Below, piece by piece: positions 60,237 through 62,976 of a stretch of 62,976 bases of DNA. The first letter of the stretch is position 1, and each line of letters starts with the position of its first letter. This DNA comes from an uncultured Ilumatobacteraceae bacterium (GTDB lineage Bacteria > Actinomycetota > Acidimicrobiia > Acidimicrobiales > Ilumatobacteraceae). The stretch lies in the NCBI GenBank assembly GCA_964393535.1, contig CAYMUC010000002.1, forward strand, positions 1 to 62,976. Reading direction: 5' to 3'. The position numbers were made by a program, and so were the translations under genes. The notes under the pieces are model-generated. The model was not told where the DNA came from. It saw only the letters and a list, made by a program, of their open reading frames with translations, and made no database searches.

Positions 60237-60895
60237 GGTCGCCGCACCCCCACCAGCACCGCCGTGGCAGCGGCCAGGATGGGCAACCCGACGGGCAGCA
60301 CAGGAATGGTCACCAAGCAGATACCAGCCCCCAGCAACGCCGCAAGGCGGTCCCGCCGCCGGCTGAGCAACGGGGCGATCATGCCCACGAACGCGGCGGG
60401 AAAGGCCGCGTCGAGGCCGAAGCGTTGGGGGTCCACGGCCGAGCCGGCAAGCGCCCCGATGAGCGTGCCCAGGTTCCAGAACACGTACACCGAGGCTCCG
60501 GTCACCCAGAACGCCCGCTGAGCATCGTCGGAATGTGACTGGGCGGCAGCCATGGCGGTGGACTCGTCGATGGTGATCTGCGCCGCCACGAGACGACGAG
60601 CCAGCGAGCCACCCAACACCCCCGACATGGCCAAGCCGTAGACGCCGTTGCGAGCCGCCAACAACACTGCGCCACCCAATGCCGCACCCAACGAACCACC
60701 GGCCGCGATGACGCTGACCGCCGACAACTGGGATGCCCCGGTGAAAACGAGCAGCGACATGGCACAGGTCTGCCACACGCTGGCGCCCGCGGCGACAGCC
60801 CCCACACCGAACGACAACCCGATGATGCCGACAGCGATGCCCAGCGTGATGCCGGCACCGGTGACGGCCGAACGGGTGGAGGCCTGCCGGCTCAT
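60233..60895 (-). CDS. azlC: AzlC-family branched-chain amino acid exporter subunit
   Basis: Trimmed to ATG 60895, an ATGA overlap with the glgB stop. About 220 aa, polytopic. AzlC-like blocks: FTGASQLSAV, LLAARNGVYG. Confidence 0.8.
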   Translation of the reverse strand: MSRQASTRSAVTGAGITLGIAVGIIGLSFGVGAVAAGASVWQTCAMSLLVFTGASQLSAVSVIAAGGSLGAALGGAVLLAARNGVYGLAMSGVLGGSLARRLVAAQITIDESTAMAAAQSHSDDAQRAFWVTGASVYVFWNLGTLIGALAGSAVDPQRFGLDAAFPAAFVGMIAPLLSRRRDRLAALLGAGICLVTIPVLPVGLPILAAATAVLVGVRRP

Positions 60896-62778
60896 GGGCG
60901 GCGAGCGGCCAACCACAGCACCGCCAGCGGAGGTATGTCCAGCACCACCGACGCCGGCTGACCTTGCCAGGGCACGGTCGTGGACTCGAGCCAACGGGGT
61001 GACGACGAGCGGTACCCGCTCCCCGCCCACTCGACATCGTCGGTGTCGACGACGATCTGCCACGTGGCGGCCCATGGCACCCCCACCCGGTAGCCGTGCC
61101 GTGGCACCGGCGTGAGGTTCGCCACGCACACGATGGCATCGCCGCCACCCTCACCCGAGGCGATGCCCCATCGCACGAAGGCGTACGCCGAATGTTCGGC
61201 GTCGTCGGCATCGAGCCAGGCGAACGCGGCGGGGTCGTGTTCGCGGGCCGATACCGCCGACCATTCCTCGGCGAGGTGACCGAGATGCGCCAACAGGGCG
61301 TGCACACCGGCGTGGGGAGCGTGTTCCAGCAGGTGCCAGGGCAGGGCTTGGGTCTCGGACCACTCGGTCCACGGCGCCAACTCGGCACCCATGAACAGCA
61401 GGGCATCGCCGGGGTGAGCCAGCATCCAGGCGTACAACGCCCTGAGGTTGGCGAACCGCTGCCAGTCATCGCCAGGCATCTTCGCCAGCAACGAGGCTTT
61501 GCCGTGGACGACCTCGTCGTGGCTGAGCGGCAGCACGAAGGTCTCGCTGAAGCCGTACAACAGCCCGAAGGTGAGCTGATGATGATGCCAGCGCCGGTGC
61601 ACGGGCTCACGAGAGAAGTACGACAAGGTGTCGTTCATCCACCCCATGTTCCACTTGTGGGTGAAGCCCAACCCACCCGCTTCGGGGGGCAGCGTGACCC
61701 CGGGCCACGCCGTGGACTCCTCGGCTGCCATCACGGCACCGGGATGGGCGGCGAGGACCGAGACGTTCACCTGCTGCAGCAGCGACATGGCCTCCAGGTT
61801 CTCCCGGCCGCCGTGGCGATTGGGCAACCATTCGCCCTCGGCACGGCTGTAGTCGAGGTACAGCATGGACGCCACCGCGTCGACGCGCAGCCCGTCCACG
61901 TGGAACTCGTGGAACCAGTAGTGGGCGTTCGACAGCAGGAAACTGCGCACCTCGTTGCGGCCATAGTTGAACACGTAGGTACCCCAATCGGGGTGCTCGC
62001 CCCGGCGAGGGTCGAGGTGCTCGTACAGGGCGCTGCCATCGAAGCGGCCCAGCGCCCAGTCGTCTTTGGGGAAGTGGGCGGGCACCCAGTCCAGCACCAC
62101 ACCCACCCCGTGCGCATGAAGCACGTTCACGAAGGTGCGCAGATCGTCGGGGGTGCCGTAGCGGGCAGTGGGGGCGAAATAGCCCGACACCTGATACCCC
62201 CACGACCCGCCGTAGGGGTGTTCGGCCACGGGCATGAGTTCAACGTGGGTGAACCCGAGGTGGCGAACGTGGCGGGCCAGGGGTTCGGCCAACTCCACGA
62301 AGGTGTGTCCCGGCGTGCTGGGCCGCCACGATCCGAGGTGCACCTCGTAGATGCGCATGGGTCGCTCGCCGGCGCGACGACGATCGCGTTCGACCAACCA
62401 TGCGCTGTCGGACCAGGCGAACGCCGACTCGCCCACCACGATGCTGGCATCCGATGGTGGTAGTTCAGCACGCCGGGCCATCGGGTCGGCTTTCCAGCGC
62501 TCTAGGCCGTCGGCCCCGATGACGACGTACTTGTAGCGCTGATCGGGCATCGCCTCGGGCACGTGTACCACCCACACACCCGACGAACCCTGTGGCGTCA
62601 TGGGGTGACGACCGGCGTCCCAGTCGTCGAAGTCACCGACCACCGCCACTCGGCGGGCTCCCGGTGCCCACACGGCGAAGCGGACACCTCCCTCGGGTAC
62701 CACATGCGCCCCGAGCACCTGCCACAACCGTCGATGCGTGCCCTCGTTGAACAGGTGGAGGTCCACGTCGCCCGGCAC
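60892..62778 (-). CDS. glgB: 1,4-alpha-glucan branching enzyme
   Basis: 628 aa. FAVWAPGARRVAVVGDFDDWD (CBM48). GH13 catalytic blocks: GVVLDWVPAHFPKD, GLRVDAVASMLY, AEESTAWPGV, LSHDEVVHGK. Confidence 0.92.
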   Translation of the reverse strand: MPGDVDLHLFNEGTHRRLWQVLGAHVVPEGGVRFAVWAPGARRVAVVGDFDDWDAGRHPMTPQGSSGVWVVHVPEAMPDQRYKYVVIGADGLERWKADPMARRAELPPSDASIVVGESAFAWSDSAWLVERDRRRAGERPMRIYEVHLGSWRPSTPGHTFVELAEPLARHVRHLGFTHVELMPVAEHPYGGSWGYQVSGYFAPTARYGTPDDLRTFVNVLHAHGVGVVLDWVPAHFPKDDWALGRFDGSALYEHLDPRRGEHPDWGTYVFNYGRNEVRSFLLSNAHYWFHEFHVDGLRVDAVASMLYLDYSRAEGEWLPNRHGGRENLEAMSLLQQVNVSVLAAHPGAVMAAEESTAWPGVTLPPEAGGLGFTHKWNMGWMNDTLSYFSREPVHRRWHHHQLTFGLLYGFSETFVLPLSHDEVVHGKASLLAKMPGDDWQRFANLRALYAWMLAHPGDALLFMGAELAPWTEWSETQALPWHLLEHAPHAGVHALLAHLGHLAEEWSAVSAREHDPAAFAWLDADDAEHSAYAFVRWGIASGEGGGDAIVCVANLTPVPRHGYRVGVPWAATWQIVVDTDDVEWAGSGYRSSSPRWLESTTVPWQGQPASVVLDIPPLAVLWLAARRP

Positions 62779-62820
62779 GGGGCTGAAGCGTAGGTGGTCC
62801 CAGGCGCTACCGTCCCCCGA

Positions 62821-62976
62821 GTGCGCGTGCTGATGCTGTCATGGGAGTATCCGCCGTTGGTGGTGGGAGGTATCGCCGCCCATGCCGAGGGCTTGGCCAC
62901 GGCCATGGTGCGTGCCGGTCACGACGTCACGGTGCTCACGCTTCACCATCCGGATGCCCCCGAGGACGCGGTGGTG
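62821..62976 (+). CDS. GT4-family glycosyltransferase (glycogen-synthase-like), N-terminal 52 codons; runs off the window
   Basis: Not in the ORF track. Translation from GTG 62821: VRVLMLSWEYPPLVVGGIAAHAEGLATAMVRAGHDVTVLTLHHPDAPEDAVV. It has the EYPP..GG...H N-terminus typical of GT4 enzymes and is divergent from glgB. Confidence 0.7.
   Translation, partial: MRVLMLSWEYPPLVVGGIAAHAEGLATAMVRAGHDVTVLTLHHPDAPEDAVV

Noticed and set aside
44958-62463. Other long antisense or alternative-frame ORFs (44958..46403, 51007..52362, 57157..58305, 59931..61610 5' part, 61096..62463).
   Set aside because: They lie opposite or out of frame to recB, the DEAD-box helicase, the DUF3516 helicase, azlC and glgB respectively. 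None has a motif of its own.

Overview
This is a very GC-rich, gene-dense chromosomal segment that looks actinobacterial. Intergenic space is minimal and many genes are joined by ATGA, GTGA or TGATG start/stop overlaps. I can support about 55 protein genes. I saw no rRNA, tRNA, CRISPR array or IS element.

Housekeeping content: cysS (partial), valS, an LCP protein, plsY, ung, recC-recB-recD, mutA-mutB-meaB, a DEAD-box helicase, aguB-aguA, chorismate mutase, glgB and azlCD.

The main feature is a split, non-canonical mycofactocin locus. Its order is: ADH (divergent), mftA (37-aa precursor, absent from the ORF track), mftB, mftC, FadH/OYE-1, a foreign-looking insert, FadH/OYE-2, DedA, ETF-alpha-like, FixC, FixX, ETF-beta-like, mftE, mftF, and an alanine-racemase-fold protein. 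No mftD, mftR or mftG is visible in the window.

The most unusual sequence-level signal is an in-frame TGA at the active-site Cys position of a ResA/TlpA-like thioredoxin-fold protein (...YASW-TGA-GC...). A SECIS-like hairpin follows it, making this a candidate selenoprotein.

Other items worth a second look:
- an SdpA/SdpB-like pair (small anchored protein plus HTTM-like membrane protein) and a 602-aa toroid/multi-TM protein inside the mycofactocin locus;
- a tightly coupled operon of two PLP enzymes, a 2OG oxygenase and a ROK kinase;
- a compositionally atypical secreted-protein/lipoprotein pair downstream of a LAL-type LuxR regulator;
- VapBC next to a MoxR-VWA pair;
- a DUF222-HNH gene.

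All functional calls come from reading motifs in the translations. No database search was possible.
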